From assembly GCA_017999675.1 (NCBI GenBank), contig JAGNLL010000001.1, positions 196,472 to 260,471 on the forward strand: a stretch of 64,000 nt of DNA, given 5' to 3'. Of this stretch, positions 1 to 7,509 are shown piece by piece. Under the pieces are notes generated by a model. The model saw only the letters and a list, made by a program, of their open reading frames with translations, ran no database searches and had not been told where the DNA came from. Position numbers and translations under genes: made by a program. Source of the DNA: Rickettsiales bacterium. Lineage in GTDB: Bacteria > Pseudomonadota > Alphaproteobacteria > Rickettsiales > UBA1997. The stretch's first letter is position 1. Every line of letters begins with the position of its first letter.

Positions 1-294
1 CTTCTTTTCACTGGGCAATTTTGGGTAAGTTGTGTAAAAAGCGCGCATTTTGTACAAAACTTTTTCTTCAATTTTTGTGTCTTGCGCCAAGCGCTCAAAA
101 AGTTTTTTGCCGTAAACATTGCCACCAGTTTTTTGCAAAATTGTTTTGCAGTGCTCCTCAATGTCTTTGCCAATTTTCCAACTCATTTCCACCTTTTGAC
201 GGTCGACAGTTTTGACAATATTTTGCTTGGTTTCTTCAATTGTTTTTTGAATTCGCGTGAGAAGTTTTTTGTAATTTTCTGGGGTAATTTGCAT
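1..294 (-). CDS. DUF1016/YhcG-like (PDDEXK nuclease family) protein, N-terminal 98 codons only; 3' end lies outside the window
   Basis: Hand translation of the minus strand from ATG (294-292) stays open to position 1: MQITPENYKKLLTRIQKTIEETKQNIVKTVDRQKVEMSWKIGKDIEEHCKTILQKTGGNVYGKKLFERLAQDTKIEEKVLYKMRAFYTTYPKLPSEKK. The W.IG...E and YG..L...LA......L..MR.FY.TYP spacing resembles the N-terminal domain of YhcG/DUF1016 proteins. It is absent from the ORF track because the stop is off-window. The + strand ORFs 21..215 and 82..306 look like antisense artefacts. Confidence 0.5.
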   Translation of the reverse strand, partial: MQITPENYKKLLTRIQKTIEETKQNIVKTVDRQKVEMSWKIGKDIEEHCKTILQKTGGNVYGKKLFERLAQDTKIEEKVLYKMRAFYTTYPKLPSEKK

Positions 295-330
295 CTGGCT
301 TCGTAGCTTTGTTTTAAAGGGTTGAGAGGC

Positions 331-366
331 AATTTAAAAAGATTTTCGCCTTAAGGCGAAAATCTT
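331..366 (-). terminator. Rho-independent terminator-like hairpin downstream of pepP
   Basis: Perfect 12-bp stem AAGATTTTCGCC / GGCGAAAATCTT (339-350 / 355-366) with loop TTAA. It is followed by a T-rich run on both strands. Confidence 0.5.
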
Positions 367-389
367 CTTTTAGCTAAAAAACTGAATCT

Positions 390-489
390 GCGAATAACCA
401 CCCCAACCCCTCCTTCAAAAGGAGGGGCTTTTCACCGAGCTCGTACTAAAGCCCCTCCTTTTGAAGGAGGGGTTGGGGTGGTTATTCGC
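390..489. repeat. Palindromic repeat family B, copy 1 (100 nt)
   Basis: GCGAATAACCACCCCAACCCCTCCTTCAAAAGGAGGGGC ... GCCCCTCCTTTTGAAGGAGGGGTTGGGGTGGTTATTCGC. The two arms are inverted repeats, and each arm also holds its own small hairpin (CCCCTCC/GGAGGGG). A second copy is at 39855..39983. Confidence 0.9.
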
Positions 490-508
490 AAAAACAAAAC
501 TAAAAGAT

Positions 509-2317
509 TTAGAACTTGTTCTCACAAACATTTTCCAACCAATTTCTCTCTTCCAAACTCAATTTGTTTGAAAGCTTTTCTAAAATTTCAGCGTGGTAGT
601 CTGCAAGCCACTTCCTCTCTGGCCGCGTCAGCATTTTAAAATTAATCAAATTGAGATCTAGCGGTGCGAGGGTCAGCGTTTTAAATTGCAAAAATTTGTC
701 GCCCGCTTTTTCAACCAGCATTAGGTTTTCAATTCTAATTCCGTATTCACCCTCTTTGTAAAACCCGGGTTCGTTCGACAAAATCATTCCCTCAAGCAGC
801 GGCTGGTGCGCGCGTTTGCTAATGCCACACGGGCCTTCGTGCACCGACAAAAAACTGCCCACGCCGTGACCAGTGCCGTGGTCGTAGTCTAGCCCTGCGC
901 GCCACAAATGCTCACGCGCTAAAACGTCAAGCTGCGCGCCCGAAGTGCCGCGCGGAAATTTCGCGCGAGCCAAAGCAATGTGGCCTTTTAAAACGCGGGT
1001 AAAGTTTTCGACCATTTCTGGCGTTGGTTTGCCAATTGCAATTGTGCGCGTGACGTCGGTGGTGCCAAAAAAATCGGCGCTAAAATATTGGCCACCAGAG
1101 TCGATTAGGTAAAGCGAGCCAACCTCCTTAACCGTCGGTTGAGCGGAGTCGAAACCAACGGAAGATTCCTTCTTCAATTTGTTAAAAATCCGCGGCAGGA
1201 ACCTTCCGTTGGTTTCGACTCCGCTCAACCGACGGTTTTGGGGATTGGCGTTGCTGAATTGACGGTTGGTTTTTTCCGTTGCCTTGTAGTGAATTACCGC
1301 GCCGTTGCTGGCGAAGCCCGAGATTGAAGCAAAGCTGGGGTAGAGAAAATTTGGGTTTTCTTGGCGCAACTCCAACAATTTTTCTGCGGCTAAAATTTCG
1401 TCGGTTTCTGGTTTTTGCGAAAGCCAAAACAAAAACTTCGTCAGCGCCAATCCGTCGGCTTCGTGGCTTTTAATTGCGCCAGAAATTTCGGCAGAATTTT
1501 TGCAGGCTTTGGCAAGTTCAATTGGGTCTTTTTTTAAAATTATTTCGGCGTCGTTTTTTTGCAAAAGCTCGAAAAGCCACTGGTTTGTAGTGTTGGGGTC
1601 GATTTGAATTTTCTTTGCGGTACTTAGTCGCGCTGCAAAATCTTTTGGCTCAAAAAAATTAACGCCCGCCAAATCTGGACGCGCGCGGTTTTTTTCAACA
1701 AACAAATCAACCTCACCATTTTTAAACAAAATGGCGTAGGCCAAAAGAAGTGGCGTAAATTCTACGTCGGCAGCGCGAATGTTGAGCAGCCAGCAAGTGT
1801 TTTCTGGTTTGGTAATTACCAAAGCGTCAGCGTCTAAATTTTGCAAAATGTTGCGGCGCTTAGCCTGCGAGTCTTCGCCAACAACAAAAATTTCTGAATT
1901 ACTTGGGTTTGGGCGATTTTGCCAAATGGCGTCAATTGGGTTTTGCTCTAGAAACACGGGTGTTTCGGCCAAAGCGTCAACAAAATTTAAATTAACCAAT
2001 TTTGGATCTAGCGCCAATTTTTTGTCACCCAAATTTTCGTCAAGCCACACCAGAACAGACTTTTGAGCAATGTTGAAAATTTCAAACTCACCCAAATCAA
2101 GCTCATTTTTTGCCTGCAAAATGTAGCGCCCGTCGGTGAAAAAATAAGACTTACCCTGCCCCACAATTACCGAGGCGGCAGATCCAGTGAAACCAGTTAA
2201 ATACTGCAAGCGCTTGTCACTTTCTGGCAAATATTCTGAAAAAAACTCGTCAGAATTTGGCAGAAAAAAGTAGTCAATTTTTTGCTCTTTCAAAAAAAGT
2301 TTTAGCCCTGCTAACAT
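509..2317 (-). CDS. pepP: Xaa-Pro aminopeptidase (M24B, aminopeptidase P family) carrying an in-frame palindromic-element insertion
   Basis: 602-aa ORF with creatinase/prolidase-type N-terminal domains and a pita-bread C-terminal domain. Motifs: LIDSGGQY, DVTRT, HGTGHGVGSFLSVHEGP, SNEPGFY, GIRIEN. Confidence 0.9.
   Translation of the reverse strand: MLAGLKLFLKEQKIDYFFLPNSDEFFSEYLPESDKRLQYLTGFTGSAASVIVGQGKSYFFTDGRYILQAKNELDLGEFEIFNIAQKSVLVWLDENLGDKKLALDPKLVNLNFVDALAETPVFLEQNPIDAIWQNRPNPSNSEIFVVGEDSQAKRRNILQNLDADALVITKPENTCWLLNIRAADVEFTPLLLAYAILFKNGEVDLFVEKNRARPDLAGVNFFEPKDFAARLSTAKKIQIDPNTTNQWLFELLQKNDAEIILKKDPIELAKACKNSAEISGAIKSHEADGLALTKFLFWLSQKPETDEILAAEKLLELRQENPNFLYPSFASISGFASNGAVIHYKATEKTNRQFSNANPQNRRLSGVETNGRFLPRIFNKLKKESSVGFDSAQPTVKEVGSLYLIDSGGQYFSADFFGTTDVTRTIAIGKPTPEMVENFTRVLKGHIALARAKFPRGTSGAQLDVLAREHLWRAGLDYDHGTGHGVGSFLSVHEGPCGISKRAHQPLLEGMILSNEPGFYKEGEYGIRIENLMLVEKAGDKFLQFKTLTLAPLDLNLINFKMLTRPERKWLADYHAEILEKLSNKLSLEERNWLENVCENKF
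1131..1236. repeat. Palindromic repeat family A, copy 1 (106 nt), inside pepP and in frame
   Basis: 34-nt perfect inverted arms ACCGTCGGTTGAGCGGAGTCGAAACCAACGGAAG / CTTCCGTTGGTTTCGACTCCGCTCAACCGACGGT. Other copies are at 6165..6260 and 12999..13097. Confidence 0.9.
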
Positions 2318-2359
2318 GTTTGTACCAAATTAAATTAACCCAAAAACACACCACGAAAA

Positions 2360-2620
2360 ATGCCCGAAATCAGCCGCTTCTTTGGAATTGTGATTTACAT
2401 GTATTTCAACGAACACAATCCGCCTCACTTTCACGTTAAGTACAACGACCACCGAGCTCAAATTGACATTGAAACTCTCGGAATAATTGACGGCTCTTTA
2501 CCGCCAAAAGTATTGGCTTTAGTTGTTGAATGGGCAAGTATTCACCAAAATGAACTTCGTAGAAATTGGTTAGACATTCTTGAAAACGGATCTTACGAAA
2601 AAATTAATCCTTTAGAATAG
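2360..2620 (+). CDS. DUF4160 domain protein
   Basis: 86 aa: MPEISRFFGIVIYMYFNEHNPPHFHVKY... The N-terminus (FxGIxIxMYxxEHxPPHFH) is typical of DUF4160. It is paired with a DUF2442 gene 5 nt downstream. Confidence 0.75.
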   Translation: MPEISRFFGIVIYMYFNEHNPPHFHVKYNDHRAQIDIETLGIIDGSLPPKVLALVVEWASIHQNELRRNWLDILENGSYEKINPLE

Positions 2621-2625
2621 CTCAA

Positions 2626-2883
2626 ATGTATTACGTCACCAAAGCTTCTTACGTCAAAGATTTTCAAATCTTTTTGGCTTTTAACGACCAAAAATCTGGC
2701 GTCGTAGATTTAAGCCAAACCATTAAAAATGACAAAAGAGCCATTTTCAAAGAGCTTACCGATTTAAACTTATTCAAAAATTTTAAGGTTGAAATGGACA
2801 CCGTTGTTTGGAGCAACGGACTTGACCTTGCCCCCGAATACCTTCACGACTTATTTCTCAAACAACAAAAAAATGGCCACTAA
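2626..2883 (+). CDS. DUF2442 domain protein
   Basis: 85 aa. It has the V..A.Y..DF.IFL.F.D...G.VDLS and W.NGLDLAPEYL pattern typical of DUF2442 partners of DUF4160. The 3' end overlaps the radA start by 11 nt. Confidence 0.7.
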   Translation: MYYVTKASYVKDFQIFLAFNDQKSGVVDLSQTIKNDKRAIFKELTDLNLFKNFKVEMDTVVWSNGLDLAPEYLHDLFLKQQKNGH

Positions 2884-4282
2884 AAAAACCGCCTTCTCCT
2901 GCCAATCTTGTGGCGCAATTCATTTTAAATGGTCGGGCAAATGCACCGACTGTGGTGCGTGGAACAGCTTGGTGGAAGAATTTGCCGAAGGCGGCGCGTC
3001 GCATTTTACGCGCATTGCTGACGACAAAAAAAGTAAAAATTCTGACGCCAAAAAAATTGAATTGGTGCAACTAACCGGCGAAGCGCAAAATTTTCCGCGC
3101 ATTCAAACCAACATTAACGAACTTGACCGCGTGCTGGGAGGTGGCCTTGTGCAAGGCTCGGTGGTGCTAATTGGTGGCGACCCGGGAATTGGAAAATCAA
3201 CTTTGCTTTTGCAAACCGCCGAAAGTTTGGCCGCTGGAAAAAACCAAGTAATTTACATTTCGGGCGAAGAATCAATTGACCAAATTCGTCTCAGAGCACA
3301 GCGAATGGGCGTTAAGCAAGATTCAATTCAACTTGCCGCAACTACCAATGTTGCCGAAATAATTAATTCCGTCGACGGCAAAAAGCTGCCAACCGTTGTA
3401 ATCATTGACTCAATCCAAACAATGTTTTTGGAAGATTTGGCGTCTGCTCCCGGCACCGTTTCACAAGTGCGCGCCGCCGCGGGTGAACTGACAATTTTTG
3501 CCAAGAAAAACAACATTACTTTGCTAATTGTTTCGCACGTGACCAAAGACGGCCAAATCGCCGGCCCCAAGGTTTTAGAGCACATGGTGGACACCGTACT
3601 TTACTTTGAGGGCGAGAAAGATTTGCACTTTCGAATTCTGCGCTCGATTAAAAATCGCTTCGGCGCCGCCAACGAAATTGGCGTTTTTGAAATGAATGAA
3701 ATTGGTTTGTCGGAAGTTTCAAACCCCAGCGAACTTTTTTTAACTTCGTACGACCGCGAAACCTCCGGCTCGATTGTTTTTGCCGGTGTTGAAGGCACAC
3801 GCCCAATTTTGGTTGAAATTCAAGCGCTAGTTTCACCAAGCTTTATTCCAACACCAAGACGCGCCGTTGTTGGCTGGGACAGCAACCGCCTCGCAATGGT
3901 AATTGCAGTTTTAAGCAGTCGTTTTGGCCTAAATCTTTTCGACAAAGAAGTTTACCTCAACATTGTTGGCGGCTTAAAAATTGAAGAAACCGCTGCTGAT
4001 TTGGCAGTGGCTTGCGCGTTAATTTCAGCGGCGCGCGACATTGCTTTGCCAGCTTCAACAATTGCAATTGGCGAGGTTGGGTTAAGCGGCGAAGTTAGAA
4101 TGGTGAGTAATTTGGAAGGTCGCCTAAAAGAAGCGGCGAAGCTTGGATTCAAGAATTGCTTGATTCCGAAGGCGAATGAGAAAAACAAAAACTTCGCAAA
4201 TTTGAAAAAAGCGTTGCCTGAATTGGAGTTGCACTTAATTGGTCACATTCGCGATTTGGCGAAGTTTTTTAGGAAGAATTAA
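2873..4282 (+). CDS. radA: DNA repair protein RadA/Sms
   Basis: Zn-finger CQSCGAIHFKWSGKCTDCGAWNS, Walker A GGDPGIGKST, KNRFG motif and a Lon-like C-terminal domain. I prefer ATG 2873 (MATKKTAFSCQSCG) over the track start 2789, which runs through the DUF2442 gene. Confidence 0.93.
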   Translation: MATKKTAFSCQSCGAIHFKWSGKCTDCGAWNSLVEEFAEGGASHFTRIADDKKSKNSDAKKIELVQLTGEAQNFPRIQTNINELDRVLGGGLVQGSVVLIGGDPGIGKSTLLLQTAESLAAGKNQVIYISGEESIDQIRLRAQRMGVKQDSIQLAATTNVAEIINSVDGKKLPTVVIIDSIQTMFLEDLASAPGTVSQVRAAAGELTIFAKKNNITLLIVSHVTKDGQIAGPKVLEHMVDTVLYFEGEKDLHFRILRSIKNRFGAANEIGVFEMNEIGLSEVSNPSELFLTSYDRETSGSIVFAGVEGTRPILVEIQALVSPSFIPTPRRAVVGWDSNRLAMVIAVLSSRFGLNLFDKEVYLNIVGGLKIEETAADLAVACALISAARDIALPASTIAIGEVGLSGEVRMVSNLEGRLKEAAKLGFKNCLIPKANEKNKNFANLKKALPELELHLIGHIRDLAKFFRKN

Positions 4283-4301
4283 AACCGAGTGCGTGATCTG
4301 T

Positions 4302-4422
4302 AACGTGAGCTGGACGGGGTTTGCAACCCCGTCCAAAAGTTCAGTTCCTTTGAGCTAAAGTTTTAATGAACGTGAGGACGGGATTACAAATCCCGTCCTG
4401 CGAAGGTCCTTCAAAGAACTAA
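4302..4422. repeat. Palindromic repeat family C, composite copy (two hairpin units)
   Basis: Unit a is CTGGACGGGGTTTGCAACCCCGTCC(4312-4334)AAAAGTTCAGTTCC. Unit b is ATGAACGTGAGGACGGGATTACAAATCCCGTCC(4376-4398)TGCGAAGGTCC. Related copies are at 4792..4829 and 7510..7645. Confidence 0.85.
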
Positions 4423-4443
4423 CAAATTTAATCAAAACAAAAA

Positions 4444-4785
4444 ATGAAAAACTCACTAAAAACTCTCACCACCCTAGCCTTTATTTTTGCAGCAAACACT
4501 GCCTTCGCCGAAGAAAAAGAATTTCTTGTGCAAATCAAAGACCACAAGTTTGAGCCAGCAACGGTGAAGGTTCCAGCTAACGAAAAATTTAAACTGGTAA
4601 TTGAAAACACCGACAAAACTTTGGAAGAGTTTGAAAGCAACGACTTGAAAAAAGAGAAGTTGGTTGGTGCGGGGAAGAAAATTACAATTGTGGTGAGCCC
4701 GCTAAAATCGGGTGAATACAAGTTTTTTGGCGACTTTCACCAAAAAACTGCGCAAGGAAAAGTGGTGGTGGAATCAGTCCAGTAA
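4444..4785 (+). CDS. Secreted cupredoxin-like domain protein
   Basis: 113 aa with a signal peptide (LAFIFAANTAFA). The beta-rich domain has the F.P..V.VPA......I.N.D....EFES and G.Y.FF..FH pattern seen in EfeO-N/cupredoxin_1-type proteins. Confidence 0.5.
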   Translation: MKNSLKTLTTLAFIFAANTAFAEEKEFLVQIKDHKFEPATVKVPANEKFKLVIENTDKTLEEFESNDLKKEKLVGAGKKITIVVSPLKSGEYKFFGDFHQKTAQGKVVVESVQ

Positions 4786-4791
4786 GAAGCT

Positions 4792-4829
4792 GGACGGGGT
4801 TTGTAACCACGTCCTGCACCCACAGGTCC
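4792..4829. repeat. Palindromic repeat family C, single unit-b-like copy
   Basis: GGACGGGGTTTGTAACCACGTCC (one stem mismatch) followed by TGCACCCACAGGTCC, which parallels TGCGAAGGTCC at 4399-4409. Confidence 0.75.
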
Positions 4830-4836
4830 TACCCCA

Positions 4837-4865
4837 CCGTCATTGCGAGCGAAGCGTGGCAATCC
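4837..4865. repeat. Repeat family D, single arm
   Basis: CCGTCATTGCGAGCGAAGCGTGGCAATCC. The same unit occurs as an inverted pair at 28281..28360. Confidence 0.8.
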
Positions 4866-4877
4866 AGAAAACCCTCC

Positions 4878-6137
4878 CTACAACTCCAAAATAAAACTAA
4901 TCTTCTCCACAACCTCACCAGCAATATTTTCTGAAACCAAAATTGCCTCAGCAGCATTTTTATTTAACACCTGCAGCGCCTTTTCATTTTGAAAAAATTC
5001 CTTCACTTGCGCTGCCAACATTGCGCTTGAATCAACCATTACGCAGGCGTTTTTTGCCTCTAAACTTTCGTAAATCGATTTAAAATTTTTAACATTTCGC
5101 CCAGAAATTACCCCGCATTCAAGCTTAATTGCTTCAAAAGGATTGTGGCCTCCAACCTTTGCTAGTGAACCTCCAATCAAAGCAAAATTGGCGAGGCGGT
5201 AAAAAAGGCCAAGCTCTCCTAAAGTGTCCACCAAATAAATTTGCGTGTCGTTTTCAATTTTTTCGCCGCGGCTGCGCTGTGCAAAATGCATTGAGCCAAA
5301 CAAAGGCTTTACCTCGTCGGCGCGGTTTGGGTGACGCAGTGCTAAAATTGTGAGAAGGTCGGGGAAATCTTTTTTCAAAATTTGGTGTGCTTGCACAATT
5401 GCTTCTTCTTCGCCTTGGTGCGTGCTGGCGGCAAGCCAAAATTTTCTGCCGGCAATTTTTGATTTTAGCGCCACTAATTCGTCGTCGTTAAATTCTAAAC
5501 TTTGCGCCTGCGATTTTAGGTTGCCGAAAAAGAAAACTTCCTTGTCGGTAAGCTTTTGAAAGCGCGTTTTGTCTTCTTCGCTTTGGGCAAAAATGCCCGA
5601 AAAATAATCAAAAATGCGAATGCCAAAATACTTGGCAAATGTCCACTTTGTGGCTGATTTTTCTGACATTCTGGCATTTACCAAAAATGTTGGCACACCC
5701 ATTTCATCCGCTACGCCAACAAGGTTTGGCCAAATTTCTGACTCAACAAAAATGGCAATTTCGGGACGCCAAAATTCGAAAAAGTTTTTTACGCAAAAAT
5801 AGGTGTCGATTGGCAAAAATTGGTGCACCACGCGTCCTTCAAAAGCAGGCAATTTTGCTGCCACAACTGAGGCCGAAGTAATGGTGGTGGTGGTAAATAA
5901 AATTGAGGTGGTCGGGAAGGTTTTAAGCAGCTCGTCCACCAAAATTAGCGCCGAGTTGGTTTCGCCAACACTAACGGCGTGAATCCAAATAATTGACGTT
6001 TTGGGGCGAAATATTGTGGCGTGACCGAAACGCTCTTTGAGACGTTTTTTGTCTTCTTTCTTTTTGTAAACACGCCAGAAGAGGTAGAGTTCGAGGAATG
6101 GGTAAAGTGCAACGGAAAGGATGCGGTAGATTAGCAT
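4878..6137 (-). CDS. waaA: 3-deoxy-D-manno-octulosonic acid (Kdo) transferase
   Basis: 419 aa. N-terminal membrane anchor plus WIHAVSVGE motif and a GT30-type C-terminal half (GGSL...GGHNP.E). Confidence 0.9.
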   Translation of the reverse strand: MLIYRILSVALYPFLELYLFWRVYKKKEDKKRLKERFGHATIFRPKTSIIWIHAVSVGETNSALILVDELLKTFPTTSILFTTTTITSASVVAAKLPAFEGRVVHQFLPIDTYFCVKNFFEFWRPEIAIFVESEIWPNLVGVADEMGVPTFLVNARMSEKSATKWTFAKYFGIRIFDYFSGIFAQSEEDKTRFQKLTDKEVFFFGNLKSQAQSLEFNDDELVALKSKIAGRKFWLAASTHQGEEEAIVQAHQILKKDFPDLLTILALRHPNRADEVKPLFGSMHFAQRSRGEKIENDTQIYLVDTLGELGLFYRLANFALIGGSLAKVGGHNPFEAIKLECGVISGRNVKNFKSIYESLEAKNACVMVDSSAMLAAQVKEFFQNEKALQVLNKNAAEAILVSENIAGEVVEKISFILEL

Positions 6138-6164
6138 TTTTTTAGTTTTTTTAGTTTTGTAGAA

Positions 6165-6260
6165 ACCGTTGGTTGAGCGGAGTCGAAACCACCGGAAGGT
6201 TCTTGCTTCAATCGTGAGGCAGGAACCTTCCGTTGGTTTCGACTCCGCTCAACCGACGGT
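6165..6260. repeat. Palindromic repeat family A, copy 2 (96 nt), intergenic
   Basis: ACCGTTGGTTGAGCGGAGTCGAAACCACCGGAAGGTTC ... GAACCTTCCGTTGGTTTCGACTCCGCTCAACCGACGGT, lying between waaA and the UbiH-family gene. Confidence 0.9.
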
Positions 6261-6285
6261 ATTTTTTTTGCGGTATTTTGAAAAA

Positions 6286-7458
6286 TTAAAACCCACCCGC
6301 GTTTTTAATAAAAAAGTTTTTTAAACGCGGAAGTTTTTCCACCAACCCAAGCCCAAAATCTCTCGCCAAGCCAATCGACAGGCTCTTAGTTTCAAACAGC
6401 GAATTAAGAATGTCAGTTGCCACCAACATTTTTCGCGCGCCCGATTTTGCTTTTTTGTTGTAGGCCAAAATCAAACTTTCAGCAGAAATTTCGAGGCCAC
6501 CAACCAAATTATTTTTCACCAATTCGCACAAAATATTAATGCCGGCAATTGCCAAATTAAAACCCTGACCCGCAATTGGATGCACGCCACAAGCGGCATC
6601 CCCAATTAACAACAATTTCTCGTGGTAAAATTTTTCCGCCTCAATGGCAATTAATGGGTAAGAAAATTTTTCAGAAATCACACGCGCATTTCCTAAAACA
6701 CCCTCCATTTTTTTGTTTAATTGTTGGGCAAAATTTTCTTCGTCCAAACTCAAAATTGCAGGTGCCATCTTGTCTGCAGCAACCCAAACAATTGAAGATT
6801 GGTTAGAATTTTTTAGCGGCAAAATTGCCAGTGGCCCACCTGGAAAAAACTTTTCCCAGGCAACATTTTCGTGAGAGCGCTCGTGCTCAATGTTAAAAAC
6901 AATTGCGGTTTGGTGGTATTTTTTAACTGTGGTGTGAATTTGGTAAATCTCGCGCAGCTTAGAAAAACGGCCGTCGCAGGCGAGAAGAAGTTTTGAATTT
7001 AAAATTCTGCCGTCGTCGAGTTTTACCGCAGCACCATTTTCAAAATTAATCTCCTCGTAAGAATTTGGCACAAACAACGTAATGTTTTTACGCAGCAAAA
7101 TTTGGTCACGCAGCGCGTTGTGAATGTGGTAATTTTCAATGATTTGGCCCAAATCTCCACCAACCTCACGGCCTAGAAAATCAAGGAAGAAAGGCGATTT
7201 GTGGTCGGTAATTTTAATGTCAGAAATGACACCAGCTTCTTTGCTGGTTTCGTCAAAAATTCCAATTTCTTTGAACAGTTTAAGTGAGGCGGCAGAAATT
7301 GCGTAAGCCCGCCCGTCGCGCTTTCTGTCTTGTTTTAGAATGTCTTGTTTCTCAACAATGGCAATTTTTAAGCTCGGCGAAACATTAGCCAGCGCAAGCG
7401 CTGCCGTCATTCCCGCAAAAGATCCGCCAATGATTGTGAAGTCAAAATTTTGTGACAT
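6286..7458 (-). CDS. FAD-dependent monooxygenase, UbiH/UbiF/Coq6 family (ubiquinone ring hydroxylase)
   Basis: 390 aa. Dinucleotide-binding N-terminus FDFTIIGGSFAGMTAALALA, a DGR motif, and GDAACGVHPIAGQGFNLAI. Confidence 0.85.
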   Translation of the reverse strand: MSQNFDFTIIGGSFAGMTAALALANVSPSLKIAIVEKQDILKQDRKRDGRAYAISAASLKLFKEIGIFDETSKEAGVISDIKITDHKSPFFLDFLGREVGGDLGQIIENYHIHNALRDQILLRKNITLFVPNSYEEINFENGAAVKLDDGRILNSKLLLACDGRFSKLREIYQIHTTVKKYHQTAIVFNIEHERSHENVAWEKFFPGGPLAILPLKNSNQSSIVWVAADKMAPAILSLDEENFAQQLNKKMEGVLGNARVISEKFSYPLIAIEAEKFYHEKLLLIGDAACGVHPIAGQGFNLAIAGINILCELVKNNLVGGLEISAESLILAYNKKAKSGARKMLVATDILNSLFETKSLSIGLARDFGLGLVEKLPRLKNFFIKNAGGF

Positions 7459-7509
7459 TTTTTTAGTTTATTTTCAGTTGGTTACAAATTGTAACCGCTT
7501 ACCTAGACT

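Noticed and set aside
1139-1473. Track ORFs 1139..1327 (+), 1182..1427 (-) and 1279..1473 (+), and likewise 12979..13176 (-)
   Set aside because: They are read-throughs of the family A palindrome in other frames (peptides such as SGVETNGRF and GFDSAQPTV appear on both strands) and lie inside well-supported genes.
2789-2872. Longer radA ORF starting at 2789
   Set aside because: The extra 28 codons overlap the DUF2442 gene in another frame. RadA homology (the Zn finger) begins right after ATG 2873.
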